From NCBI GenBank assembly GCA_002269645.1, contig NIVC01000650.1, positions 193,984 to 257,983 of the forward strand: a DNA stretch of 64,000 nt. Direction: 5' to 3'. How positions within the stretch are numbered: the stretch's first letter is position 1; each line of letters begins with the position of its first letter. The notes below the pieces were generated by a model. The model had not been told where the DNA came from and made no database searches. It worked only from the letters and a program-made list of their open reading frames with translations. Below, in pieces: positions 1 through 11,283 of the stretch. The translations under genes were made by a program, and so were the position numbers. Origin of the DNA: Macrostomum lignano (lineage: Eukaryota).

Positions 1-1239
1 TAAATTTATTTTATACCTTAATTGCTTTCAAACTTCTAAAAATTAATTTTCAAAAAACTTTCCCCTAATTTTTGGATTTTGTCATATATACTATACTTTG
101 TGTATAGTTTAGCTACTATTAGTAAGCCATTTTTATAAATAAGCTCATTTATTTATTTCAATAATCTTTGATAAATATTATTATATATTATTAGATGCTT
201 AAATAGGCCCTATTATATATTGCATAGGGTTATCAATTTTTTAGAAATATTGTGATTGTCATAAACAAAATTATATACACATACAAAAATGACACCTTAG
301 GCTTTAACATAATTTTTTTACATCTTACCATACAAAACATTATAATAGGCCCTAGCCTAGTTATCTAATTTGAAAAAAAAAACTTTATAATAAATGTACC
401 TTTTCTTTATTTCCTATTTTGAAATCATTTTTTCTGGTAGCAAATGAAATGACTACTAACCTGGCTATATGAATAATATAGGCCTAGGCCTATGGTAAAA
501 AACTTCAAGGCTTTATTCCAAACTCTAAACCTAGCCTAATAAGAAAGGCAGAAAGGCCTAACAAAATAAAAGCTTCATTGATAAAAGCATTCCAAAAATC
601 ATTTCAATTAAAAAAATAATCCTATAAGCATTAAAATTGCAACTAATTTATTGATACATGACTAAGATGGCCACACACCAGGATGGCTGCAGCTTTAAAT
701 ATCTAAATAGATGATAAGCCTAGGTAGGACCTAGGTCTATATATTTCATGCATTTTTTTCTATTGGTAATAATTTATATTAGATATAGATCTTTAAGTGT
801 TAGGGAGATAAATGCTATAATAGAATTATATTATATTAAAAACATTCCCTTTGGCTTTAGCTTTTATTCTAGCCTAACCTATATAGATATTTATCTACTA
901 AATAAAGCAAATAGCCTACTCCAAAATAAATATCTTGTTGCATATTTATCCCAATTTTTGAATAGGCCCCTAGCAATACTACAACAAGTAGCAATGGCTT
1001 TTTGGTAAACTGATAAGCCTAGTATTATAGTAATGGATTTGATAAATAGATATAATGATAAGAAAATTAGTACAAACACTGAAAAAGATTAAAGCTTTTG
1101 TATTATGCCTTCTGGATAGGCCTAAGTAATTAGTTTCAATTATATTATTGCATTCAGTATTTATAAATATGACTGATTCAACATAATAATTAGGCTAATT
1201 CGCTAATATAACAATAGCTAGGCCTAATTAATTAATGGT

Positions 1240-1544
1240 TATACATGCGCAACCTCCAAAATTCGGTTGGCCATGCGACTTAGTTTTAACAAAAATGCGA
1301 CATCATTTTATTTTTTGGCCAAAAATGCGACTTGCATGTAAAAAACTGTAAAGCAAAATAAACGCAACTTTGGGTAAACGGCAGGAGTAACTATGACTCT
1401 CTTATTAAGCCAACATGCCTTGTTGGCTACTTAGTACAATAATTCTATTTGAGTGTTTTGTTGGGTTGGGTGTGCATTTTTGGCAACTTCCTTGGTTGGT
1501 CGCCAAATCGGTCGGCCAGATCGGCCGACTGTTGCACATGTATG
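1240..1544. mobile_element. Non-autonomous hAT-type MITE (305 bp)
   Basis: Terminal inverted repeats tatacatgcgcaac (1240-1253) and gttgcacatgtatg (1531-1544; reverse complement catacatgtgcaac) match 12/14. Perfect 8-bp flanking duplication ttaatggt at 1232-1239 and 1545-1552. Internal repeated atgcgac motifs. An 8-bp TSD is the established hAT signature. Confidence 0.8.
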
Positions 1545-2441
1545 TTAATGGTAGAAAAAGAATAGATATTGGCCTACAATGCTGGGGCCATCCGCCATGG
1601 CCATCTTGGTCTTACTCTTACACCAATTTATCCTACTAGGTCTAGGTAGGCTAAACTTTAGGAAGCCCCAAATCTGAAACTTTGTCTTTTTTGAATTTAT
1701 TAGGGGCCTAGGGCCGCTATGATTATAATTGTATAAAATGTGCTTTGTGAGTGATGTTGTTTCACACCTACCTGACTGGCTGATAAATTATAATATATTA
1801 TAAGCCTCGAGTCTAGCTAGGCAAACTACTCATACTCTGGGACTGATCTGATAGGCCCTAGGCCTACTTCTCGAATCTCGTAGGCCCAACTGAAAATGAA
1901 ATACAAAGTTAAAAAAGAAAACAATGCAGATTGCAGAATGCAAAGTAGGGTTGTCAAGTCTAATAGATTCGTGAATTGTGAGGAAGACATTATCGTTTGG
2001 GGTACTAACGGAACTGAGGCTGTGTTGTCGACACGACACTGACTGTCCACCAGACCACCACCGCCAGGTGAGGTGACTGGACTGTGAGCTGTGACAGGTG
2101 TCACTTAAAGATTTATTGGCGATCGTCGATCGATCTCGAGTAAAGTAGTAGAGTAGTAGTAGGCCTAAGTTGGCTCAGGCAAGAAGCCTGTTTGGCCAGT
2201 ATATTTCTGTGTATTTAAGATATTTTAGCATTAGTTGTTTAATTACGATTAAGTTAAAAAGGTTAATTTTGTTCAAAAGGTTAAATTTTTACACGAGTTA
2301 CGATGCGAGTTACGATATTTGTAAAATTATAAAGGTATTTGAAAGAGCGTTTTTTTGTAAAAAGATGTAGTATTTTGCAAGCGCGCGATATTTCAAAGCG
2401 TGAAAAACGAACGTGAACTTCGAAAGAACTTTACGTTTAAC

Positions 2442-2580
2442 GAATAACGACGATTTAAATAGGTATTAGATAGGAAACTAATTAAATACTAATTAAATGC
2501 TGATAAATAATGAATAACGACGGTTTAAATAGGTAATAGATGGGAAAATAATTAAATACTAATTAAATGCTAATTAAATA
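2442..2580. repeat. Imperfect tandem duplication of a ~70-bp AT-rich unit
   Basis: gaataacgacg...tttaaataggta...aattaaatactaattaaatgct begins at 2442 and again at 2512. Confidence 0.75.
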
Positions 2581-3650
2581 GGAAATTAAAAAGACAGTAA
2601 ATGAATAAACAAATGAAAAGCGGATTTATTACACTGCTGATATATCTGTTTCAGTTTGCATAACTGTTTTAGCTATTCATGACTTCATATATTTTAGCTA
2701 CACCAGTGAGCTCTTGAGTAAATTGGTGATTATCGTGAGTTTGAATTTGCCGCCGAATTTCTGCAAAAGCATACACTGGTTTAAACAAAATAAAGTGGAC
2801 CTCTGCCTGCCAAAAGTCTGAGGGTTGCTGTTTTGATAACTAAGCAATCTAAAAATGCATGTATTATCGAAACCATTGGATGGTCTACCAAAGTAAAATA
2901 GCTGGAAGCTGCTAAAGTAGAATAGATGGTGCATGTAGTTTTTATAGCGCAGATTTTTCCAGCGAATATTTTTACGAAGGAATTATTCAATATGTTTGAA
3001 AGTTGGGTTATTTCCTATGCAACAAATTAACGCTTTTGATTGAACTCTGATGATTGTAGCTGAGTATAGCTACATAATCCCCGTTTGTAGTCGTTATAAA
3101 TGTACTGTACAATACAAAACAACGTGTATCTCGCAAACCCCTGCATGCATTAGGCACTCTTGTCCCCTAGGACTTTGTCCGTCTCTGGATGCTGCATGGT
3201 GGTATTAAGCTGACGTTGCGGCCAAGACCATACAGTTATATGACAGCGGCCCGCGCGGTGTTATGTTTGAAGGTACACGCCAAGAGGGGGATCTTTTAGC
3301 GGTCAGCGGTTTTAGACTATAATTCCCTCCTAAGCCCCAAGATTCCAAGAGTGGATAATAATATCTTAATCAATCTTAATGCAATTTCCTTCCTACAGTA
3401 TTCGTAGATTAGGTTCGATGCAGCGCAGGGGGATGGGGATCAGTGCTGGTCCCAGAGCTCTCTCGTGGTTCGTATCGTACGGGGACTAATTTAGAAGTTA
3501 CTGCTATTGATTTGGTTAAGTTTGGCTCAATACTTTGGTGATCTTACCCTCTGCGATCCTCATGCAGCGTCTATCCAATATTCTGCGACTGTAGGCGCAC
3601 TCACATTTCATACCACGTCTCATGGTAGTATAAATAATAGACTACCCCCA

Positions 3651-3788
3651 AGTAGTCTGGCTTGTTGGTGCGTGAGCACTTAGATGTGCACGTCTGGCTT
3701 GTTTGGGGGTTGGGGTTTAGCGCTGCGGCGTGTGTGTGCATCCTCACGTTATTTTGTTATTCACTGCAACTCAACCCACGGTCTTACA
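3651..3788 (+). repeat. 5' LTR of the Gypsy element (138 bp; ~60 bp shorter than the 3' LTR)
   Basis: Aligns to 7811-8008 (gtagtctggcttg...gcgctgcggcgtgtgtgtgc...tcactgcaactcaacccacggtctta) and ends in CA. It lacks the internal block ttagggtgattacacc...gccagtgaggtc. Confidence 0.9.
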
Positions 3789-3808
3789 CTTGTGGCAGCA
3801 GTCTCAGT

Positions 3809-4510
3809 ATGGCCAAATCAGAGCAAGCCAGTTTATTGCCTCCAAAGTTTAGCGTCGACTCCAACGTGAGAATGAGGCTAAGCACCTTTGAAGACTTCGT
3901 CGACGACTGCGAATGGGACGAAAAGAAGAAGGCAAAGAAGCTGAGACTGCTGGTGACAGGAGAAGCGCAAATCTTCGTCTGGGAGCAGCCGGCAGACGTG
4001 TCAGCCAGCTATGAAAAGCTGAAGGAGAAGCTGATCGAGTGCTTCGGCAATAGTCTGAGCTGCTACAGAGCAAATGGAGGAGTTTGAAGGGCGAAAGTGA
4101 AGGCCCAACGAGTCGCTGAGGGAGCTCGCCTACAGCCTGAAGCTTCTCCACCTTCGGGCCCGCCCAGACGACTCCGTGGCGGCTCGGGAAAAGGATGTGA
4201 AGTTTCGCCTGATGCGCCTCCTGCCATCTGCCGAGAGAGATGCGCTGTTGAAGGACCAGGACGCGGACTCGTGTTCGCTGGCCGCCATCGTCAACAGAGC
4301 TGCAAGCTTGAGCTGGTGAGCCACGCAACTATAGCCTCATCAGCTGCGGTGTCGGTGGAAGACAGACGACTGAGCCAGCTGGAGCAGCAGATGCAGCAGC
4401 TGACAGCCAGCGTGCAAACGGGACCACCCGGAAGAGACAGGCGTCAGAAGGGACCCATTAAGTGCTTCAGCTGTGGCAAGCCGGGTCACATCACTAGGCG
4501 GTGCCCAAAA
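3809..4510 (+). pseudogene. gag: Gypsy gag, frameshifted, with CCHC zinc knuckle
   Basis: ATG at 3809 (MAKSEQASLLPPKF...). The reading continues across frame changes (ESLRELAYSLKLLHLRARPDD... is readable in another frame). CX2CX4HX4C knuckle CFSCGKPGHITRRC at 4463-4504. Confidence 0.8.
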
Positions 4511-4679
4511 AGCGATCGGCAGCCGCTGCAGCCGGTGCTCAGGCAAGAGTCACTCCGCCGCGGTGTGCCCGACACCAACTGGTCAGCCGCATGGAAACTT
4601 CTGAGGGTCGGCAGCCTGGGGCCAGCACCGACCCGCTCAAAAGGGGCCCTCAGATCAGCGCCTTCAGTCTTCGTGAAGG

Positions 4680-7600
4680 TGCACTTTGGCAGCGTGTCAG
4701 CGCCTGCTCTGCTCGACACCGGCGCGCAAGTTTCGTTTCATGGACAAGTCGCTGTTCGACAGATTGCCGTGCAAGATCAACTTCACCGATATCGGTGCGC
4801 TGCCGACGGCTGTCGACAGATCCCGACTGCGCTGCCCTGGCCTGTCAGCAGCGGATGTTTCGATCGGCCAGACCATCCGCGTGCGCCATCGCTTCAAAGT
4901 CGTGGACGGCATCCAGCCCAGCCTGATCATCGGCATGGACTTCATCGGCGAGGTGTCGCGGGCGATGACCATCGACATTAAAGAAGGCTTCGTCAAGTTC
5001 GACAGCACAGCTGTGCCTTTTAGCAGCGAGCCGGCTCGGGCAGACTGTCGCCTGGTGCCGAGTGTCCTGGTGGCTACGGAGCTGCCCGCCCGCTGCGAGA
5101 AGCTGGTGTGGCTCAAGGTGGATTCCAGCGGCGAGCAGGGAGTCTTTGAGCCGGCTGAGAACTTCGTGAAGTCCACTGCCGTCCTGCCGGCCCGCGTGCT
5201 GGCGGTCTCGGACGACTGCCGCATCCCGGTGAAAATGTGCAACCTGGCAGAGGAGCCCGTGCTGCTGTACGCCAACAAGGCGGTCGGCACGTTCGAAGGC
5301 GCCATGACAGACGGGACGGTCGCTAGGAGGAGACCTAGGAGACCCCGGTCGGTTGGAAGATAGGTTTCGGGATGTGCAACGCCCCGGCGACGTTCCAGCG
5401 GCTCATGGAGCTGGTGATGTCCGGCCTGTACTGGGAGTCCGTGCTGACTTACATCGACGACATCATTGTGTTCAGCAGGACGTTCGACGGGCACTTGGAG
5501 AGGCTGGCGGAAGTTTTTAGCGGTTGCGAGACGCGGGACTCAAGCTGCACAAGGCCAAGAGCACGTTCGGCCATCGCCGGGTGCTGTACCTGGGACACCT
5601 GATCAGCGAGCAGGGCATTGCACCGGATCCCGGCAAGGTTGAGGCCATTCGCAGCATGCCCAGCCCACCGACGACCGAGGAGGTGAAGCGGTTTCTCGAA
5701 ATGCTGGGGTTCTACCGCTGGTTCATCCCAGGCTTCAGCCAGACGGCGAGGGTCCTGCACGACGTCAGCGTGAAATCGAGGGACTTCGCGTTGAGCAGCG
5801 ACTGCGAGCGAGCGTTCCACGAGTTGAAGGACCGGCTGACGACGGCTCTGGTGCTGAGGCTGCCGTATTTCACCAAGCAGTTCGTGCTCATCTGCGACAG
5901 CAGTCAGTTCGCCGTCGGCGCGGTGCTCAGCCAGCTGCACGGAGACGCCAAGCTGCCTGTGGCGTTCGCCTCGCGCACCCTCAACAAGGCCGAGCGCAAC
6001 TACTCGGCGACCGACCGCGAGCTGCTGGCGCTGGTCTGGAGTCTAAATCACTTCAGGACGTACCTGCTGAGTGTCCCGAGCTTCAGGGTCTACTCAGACC
6101 ACCGGCCACTGCAAAGGTCTGCTGGCAACGAAGGACCCCGAAGGTCGGCTGGCGCGATGGCTTTCGACGCTGCAGCAGTTTTCGTTCAAACTGCTGTACC
6201 GGCCTGGCAGGGACAACGTCGTGCCGGATGCGCTGAGCCGGGTGGCCGGCACGCGCCTGCAGCCTCGGTGGGACGACAGCAGCCTGCACGAGGAGCAACT
6301 GCAAGAGCCACTGCTAAGCAGGACGTTCCAGGCGCTGACCGAAGGGATTGACATCCTGTCCGATTCATGGGCGGCGCAGGACGAGGCCTTGGTGAGCTCG
6401 GCGGGTGTCCTGCTGGTGCGTGGCCAGCCAGTCATTCCCGGTCATCTGCGGCCATATTTCCTGCAGCAGGGGCACCCGTGCGACCAGAGCGGACACCTCG
6501 GCATCGACAGGACCGGAGCGAAGTTGTCTGAGCGCTGCTGGTGGCCTGGTCTGCGACGAGACGTTGAGAACTGGGTGGCCAGCTGCGCGGTCTGCCTGGC
6601 CAAGATGAGTCCAACCAAGCCGCAGAAGGCGCCGCTGCAGTCGACGTGCCAGCCGACGGCTCCGTGGCAGCTGGTGCAGATCGACATCAAAGGGCCGCTT
6701 CGGCGTACGATGAATGGCAAGGCGTACATCCTGAGCATGTGTGACGCCTTCTCCAAGTGGATGGAGACGGCAGCCCTGGCGGTGATCGACGCGGTGACGG
6801 TGGCGGATGCGCTGCTCAAGTCGGTGGTTCTGCATCACGGCGCTCCTCAGATGCTGCACTGCAGTGACCAGCTGCGACAATTCGAGAGCGAGGAGTTCGG
6901 CCGGCTCTGTGAGCAGCTGGGCGTCGAGAAGACGCGCACGTCGTCGTTTAATCCGAGCGGCAAAGGAATCGTCGAGCGAGGCAACCGGACGCTCGGCGAC
7001 ATGCTGGCGACGACGGTTGGCCAAGAACCAGCAGGACTGGGACAGCAAGCTGCTGTATGTGACCTGGGCCTACAGCACCTCCGTGCACAGCACCACCGGC
7101 CTCAGTCCGTACCAGGTCCTCCACGGCTGGCCACCGAGGCTGGCTCTCGACAGCTGGCTGATAAGCGGCGACCGGCCGGCAGCCGACGGTGGACATCACG
7201 GCTTCCTGCGGCGGACTCAGGAGAACCTGCAGAGCGCCTTCGACACGGTGCACAAGGCCGACTGCGGAGCGCCCAGGTCGAGCGCAACCGGCTGGCCAAC
7301 CAGGACTCTCGGTTTGTGCCGTTCGAAGAGGGCCAGCTCGTGATGATGCGCAACTCCGTCATCAAACGCGGTCAGACGCAGTGTTTGAGCGCCAAGTGGA
7401 AGGGGCCGTACCGAGTCCTGAGGCGCCTGGGCGAGGTCAATTACCGCATCCAGGACGAGATCGGCCGCAGGCGCCGGCTGGTGGTGCACCACGACCGCCT
7501 CAAGCGCTTCGTGCAGCGGCGGGCGTCACTGGAGCTTCCGGCCGCAGCAGACCGCTGGCCGCTGGCCGCCGACTTCGACAACAACGGAACCGCCGCAGAG

Positions 7601-7774
7601 CCGCCCGGGCAGGCGGCCGATCCTAGCGGCGACGCAGTGACCTTCTGGCCCGAGCTGCAGGCAGACAAGGCACCCGAGGAGCCGCCGGCGGCACCGGCCG
7701 AGCCGGTCACGGTTCCGCGGCGGTCGGCAAGAGAGCGGCGGCCACCTGACTTGTACATGGCGGGATTTGCTTGA
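4680..7774 (+). pseudogene. pol: Gypsy pol (aspartic protease, partial RT, RNase H, integrase), frameshifted
   Basis: Protease ALLDTGAQVS (GAC at 4715). RT FGMCNAPATFQR...TYIDDIIVFS (YIDD 5450-5461). RNase H CDSSQFAVGAVLSQ / YSATDRELLA / VYSDHRPL. Integrase HHCC region (GHLGIDRT...WWPGL...CAVC), core QIDIKGP...SDQ-(35)-VERGN and KWKGPY motif. Split over ORFs 4097, 4686, 5372, 5524, 6071 and 6807. Confidence 0.93.
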
Positions 7775-7810
7775 CTCGGGAAATGTCTTTTGCTTCTAGG
7801 GGGAAATTAG

Positions 7811-8008
7811 TGTAGTCTGGCTTGTGGGTGCGCGTGCACTTAGATGTGCACGTCTGGCTGTTTTTGGGGTTGGGGTTTAGCGCTGCGGCGTGTGTGTGCT
7901 TAGGGTGATTACACCCACCCCAACTTTGGCATTAAATATATTGGCGTGAGCCAGTGAGGTCTCCTCACGTTTTTGTTATTTCACTGCAACTCAACCCACG
8001 GTCTTATA
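7811..8008 (+). repeat. 3' LTR of the Gypsy element (198 bp)
   Basis: Begins TGTAGT directly after the purine tract, matches the 5' LTR, and ends gtcttata (terminal CA changed to TA). Confidence 0.9.
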
Positions 8009-9629
8009 AAGTAAACAGACAGAAGCAAACGATAGTTGAATAGCTAATGTCCTGAATTACTGGCCCTAAACTTGGACTAATATTAATAAGTTAAGATTGA
8101 AAAAGTAGGAGCTATATAGATGATTGAGCTACACCGGGCTGACTATACCAAGGGCAGCGCACCAAAGAAAGAAATACATGTACCTTACAGATGCGGCCGA
8201 CGGCGGGGCTGCTTGGCACGGTGGTCGTCGGATAGTCTCGGCGGCGGCTACAGTCACGGACGATCAGTCCAGACGAGACGCGTCAGGAGGTTATAAAGCC
8301 AAGGGAAGTTACAGCTCAGCACGGTGGTTGCAGCTCAGCACCGAAAAGGGAGAAAGGGCTCCGAACGGTTGTTACGGCTCCGAAAGGTCCGTTTAAGGAA
8401 ACAGTAGGGGAAGGGGAAGGAAACGCGGAAAGTGGAAAGGGGGGAGCAAAATGACATGGAAATGGAAAGTGCCGCTCAGGCCTCAAAACAGTCTCTTATT
8501 TTACTGCCCTGAGATCACGTGTCACGCGATCACGAGAGCGTGATGCGTGATATTAATTGAAGGCCGTGACTTAATTGTACTTGACCAAACAACCCTGATG
8601 ACGTCATCCGTCAGCCGCGCTGCGATTGGACGAGAAATTGGGGTGGGGCGCAGCGAATAAAAATGATTTATAATGGGGGATTACGTGTAACGTACAGACA
8701 GGAAGAAGCTTAGGAAGATAAGGGATCATAAAACTGTCACACGCATGAATGATTTTAAACAATAGAAAGGTGAGGATTGGTGCGCGGAGGAGTGGGGTGT
8801 GGGATAAGCGTGAATTGGTGCGTGAGTCATCATGAACCTAATAAGTCATCACTGGGCGCAGGAATCACAGGCGAAGGAGGGAAGGGTGCGCAAAAAATAG
8901 TAGGGGGGGGGGGGCAGAACGTGCCTAACATTAATACTTTTTATAAAAAAAGTTAATTTTATCTATAACACGTAAACATTTACACATTAGTTTTAACAAC
9001 TTTAAGCTTCTGACTGTATGAAAGGTCAACCATAGTGTGTTGACCCTCATTGTATTGTTAACTAGCTGTGATTATAAGAAAATAACGCTGGGTTATTTTC
9101 AAATGGCACGGGTTTAAGATACAAAACGAACAATAAAAGACGCTCAATATGACGTCCACGAATCAGTTCTATAATTGTTCTCTAGGGAGGCTGAAGATTG
9201 CTTCATAATTTGCCAGGTGTGGTTCGAAAGCACTAATTTATTTCTAGGGCTGTGTATCCAGCTGCCTTGAATAATCATTATAATTGGCTGTTGAAATCTG
9301 CAATTTTATCGAAATTATTCTGTCATTCATTTTTTGATGCATATCGACTCGTGGAGAACAGTGTAAAATTCCTTTATAGGCTCGTAATATACTCGACGTA
9401 TCTGCTGAAGGCCAGGAAATGCTACACATGTAGTTACCCTGTATACAGCAGCTATTCTCAAAACGTTTTTTGCAAAAAGCATGCTGCAGCATGTAGCATT
9501 AAATAAGCCGTTTTATCACAAGCAATCTATACAGATTCTTACATACTGTACATTTCACAACTGAAGTATATCGAAGACGCGTGTTCTACGTTAGTAACGA
9601 ATGTTTACATCCACAACGGGTGTGAGTTG

Positions 9630-9892
9630 CTTACATTAGCAAGCGTTCAAACTAGTAACAGTAGCTTACACTAGCAACTAGTTAAAGCTTATAAGCAACG
9701 GGTGTTTACATTAGCAACTAAAGCTTGCATGAGCAACGGTTGTTTACATTAGCAACTAAAGCTTGCATGAACAACGGTTGTCTACATTAGCAACTAAAGC
9801 TTGCATGAGCAACGGTTGTCTACATTAGCAACTAAAGCTTGCATGAGCAACGGTTGTCTACATTAGCAACTAAAGCTTGCATCAGCAACGGT
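9630..9892. repeat. 38-bp tandem repeat (~5 good copies plus degenerate copies)
   Basis: acattagcaactaaagcttgcatgagcaacggttgtct recurs at 9708, 9746, 9784, 9822 and 9860. Confidence 0.9.
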
Positions 9893-10205
9893 CAGGGACG
9901 TCGCCACCGGGGGACAAGGCGGGACAATCCCCCCCCCAGTAAAAGCTATGGGGGGACATGCCAATTTTTTGTCCCCCCACTCAACCTCTGACCCGTTATG
10001 GAAATCAATAATTTTGCTTCAGGGCTACAAAATATAGCGCCTGCAGCGCCAAAATAAGTACCTGCGGCGCTAAAATGAGTGCCTGCGGCGCCAAAATGAG
10101 TGCCTATGACCGCTGACAACACTGATTCTGAAAATAGTGTACACGGTACATGTAGAATTCTTGATGGCTTTGTCCCCAACCATAAAATCCATGGCGACGC
10201 CGCTG
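9893..10205. mobile_element. Non-autonomous hAT-type MITE (313 bp)
   Basis: TIRs cagggacgtcgcca and tggcgacgccgctg (reverse complement cagcggcgtcgcca) match 12/14. Flanks gcaacggt (9885-9892) and gcaacgac (10206-10213) match 6/8. Internal gcgcc/gggac subterminal repeats. Confidence 0.7.
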
Positions 10206-10790
10206 GCAACGACGGGTGTTTACAGAACGGGCCACTTTAGATGTTTTGTGCTCACCATTCTCAGTATTGGTTATCCTGTGTGGATTTCTTTTTTAAAAGA
10301 AGAAACAGGTACAACTTATTTGAAAATTTTAGAGGTCTCGGTATCAACTTGATGAATATAGAAAAAAAACGCGTAGTTTAAAAAAATCTCGTATGAAAAA
10401 GAAAGAGCGGTTTTCAGCAGTTTTGCTGTTGCTTTTTGCTAAATATGTGTAGCTTAAACTACCAAAAACTCTTTCTGTTGGCAAAGAAAGGCATCTTTTG
10501 GTTTCTAACCGGCCGTGACGCAGAGGCTGTTGGGCTGAATCAATTTTGGGGTAGGAAAATTTTATCCACGTGTGCCAGGCACAAAGCTTTACCAATTGGT
10601 CCCTTTGGTGAAATAATTTCAGTATCTCTAGACACCTGAGCAAGTTAGTATCAAACAGAATTAAAGCCTGGGAGGTTCTTCAAAGTCAAAGAGATTCGTC
10701 TAGCTCCGCCGCGTGGTCGCAGGTGCCAATACCAGCTGTTTTTTCTGGTTTTTCGAATCAATGCGGGAGGTAGCAGGCGCGGCAGAAGTC

Positions 10791-10798
10791 TATATAAG
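10791..10798 (+). promoter_or_regulatory. TATA box of the small secreted-peptide gene
   Basis: tatataag lies 88 bp upstream of the ATG at 10879, in a GC-rich context. Confidence 0.55.
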
Positions 10799-10878
10799 AG
10801 AGGCAGGCATCGACTAAGGAGAATTCTATTCCAAAATCGACTGTTGAAACGCAGACAAACTGACAGACAAGAAGAGAC

Positions 10879-11283
10879 ATGCGCGATTGTAGTTGGACTC
10901 TCTGGACTCTGCTCTGCCTTCTGCTGGCTCTGCTGCACCGTGAGTCTAATTAGGTCTAGTCAGCGAACAACATTTCATGCAATTGAATATCATTGATAAA
11001 AAATATAGTGGCATTTGTTATATTTTCAGAGTGCCATTCTGTTCTAGCTGATCCGCAATTGATGGAAGAAGAGCTGCCTAAACAACCGAACACGAAGCTC
11101 AGGGGCGAACCGGTGGAAGAGCGCTTTCCATCTGTATCTGCTGCGGCTACTTCAGGAGAAGGACTGAAAAACAGCGCTGGTTACGCCGACAATGAGCTCA
11201 ACCAGTTGCAGAAGCAGGTTCTGAGGCACGCTGTACTAGTTTCCAAGCGTTGGAGAACTTGGTTTCCTAGACTGCGCATTTGA
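10879..11283 (+). CDS. Putative secreted prepropeptide (neuropeptide-precursor-like), 104 aa, 2 exons
   Basis: Exon 1 10879-10939 (MRDCSWTLWTLLCLLLALLH, hydrophobic signal-peptide-like), GTGAGT donor at 10940, ttttcag acceptor ending 11029, exon 2 11030-11283. The phase-1 join is in frame (CAG). Acidic pro-region, then a KR dibasic site followed by WRTWFPRLRI-stop. Confidence 0.7.

Larger units (their letters stand above)
3651..8008 (+). mobile_element. Ty3/Gypsy LTR retrotransposon, defective (frameshifts, internal RT deletion)
   Basis: Two LTRs (3651-3788 and 7811-8008), PBS-like tggcagcag just after the 5' LTR, and a polypurine tract aggggggaaa-like run at ~7798-7806. Domain order gag(CCHC)-protease-RT-RNaseH-integrase is the Gypsy order. 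No clean TSD recognised. Confidence 0.95.

Noticed and set aside
1826-2990. Short minus-strand ORFs (92, 69, 78 and 69 aa)
   Set aside because: No recognisable motif and no consistent splice chain could be built.
3849-7758. Many antisense and alternate-frame ORFs over the Gypsy element
   Set aside because: Shadow ORFs of GC-rich coding sequence. The ones with recognisable motifs are frameshifted pieces of gag/pol.
3645-8015. Target-site duplication for the Gypsy element
   Set aside because: Only an ambiguous aagta overlap involving the mutated LTR ends; not a clean 4-6 bp TSD.
9024-9065. Hairpin ggtcaac/gttgacc followed by CTAG, like a Helitron 3' end
   Set aside because: The next base is C rather than T, spacing is long, and no matching 5' TC end or Rep/helicase sequence was found.
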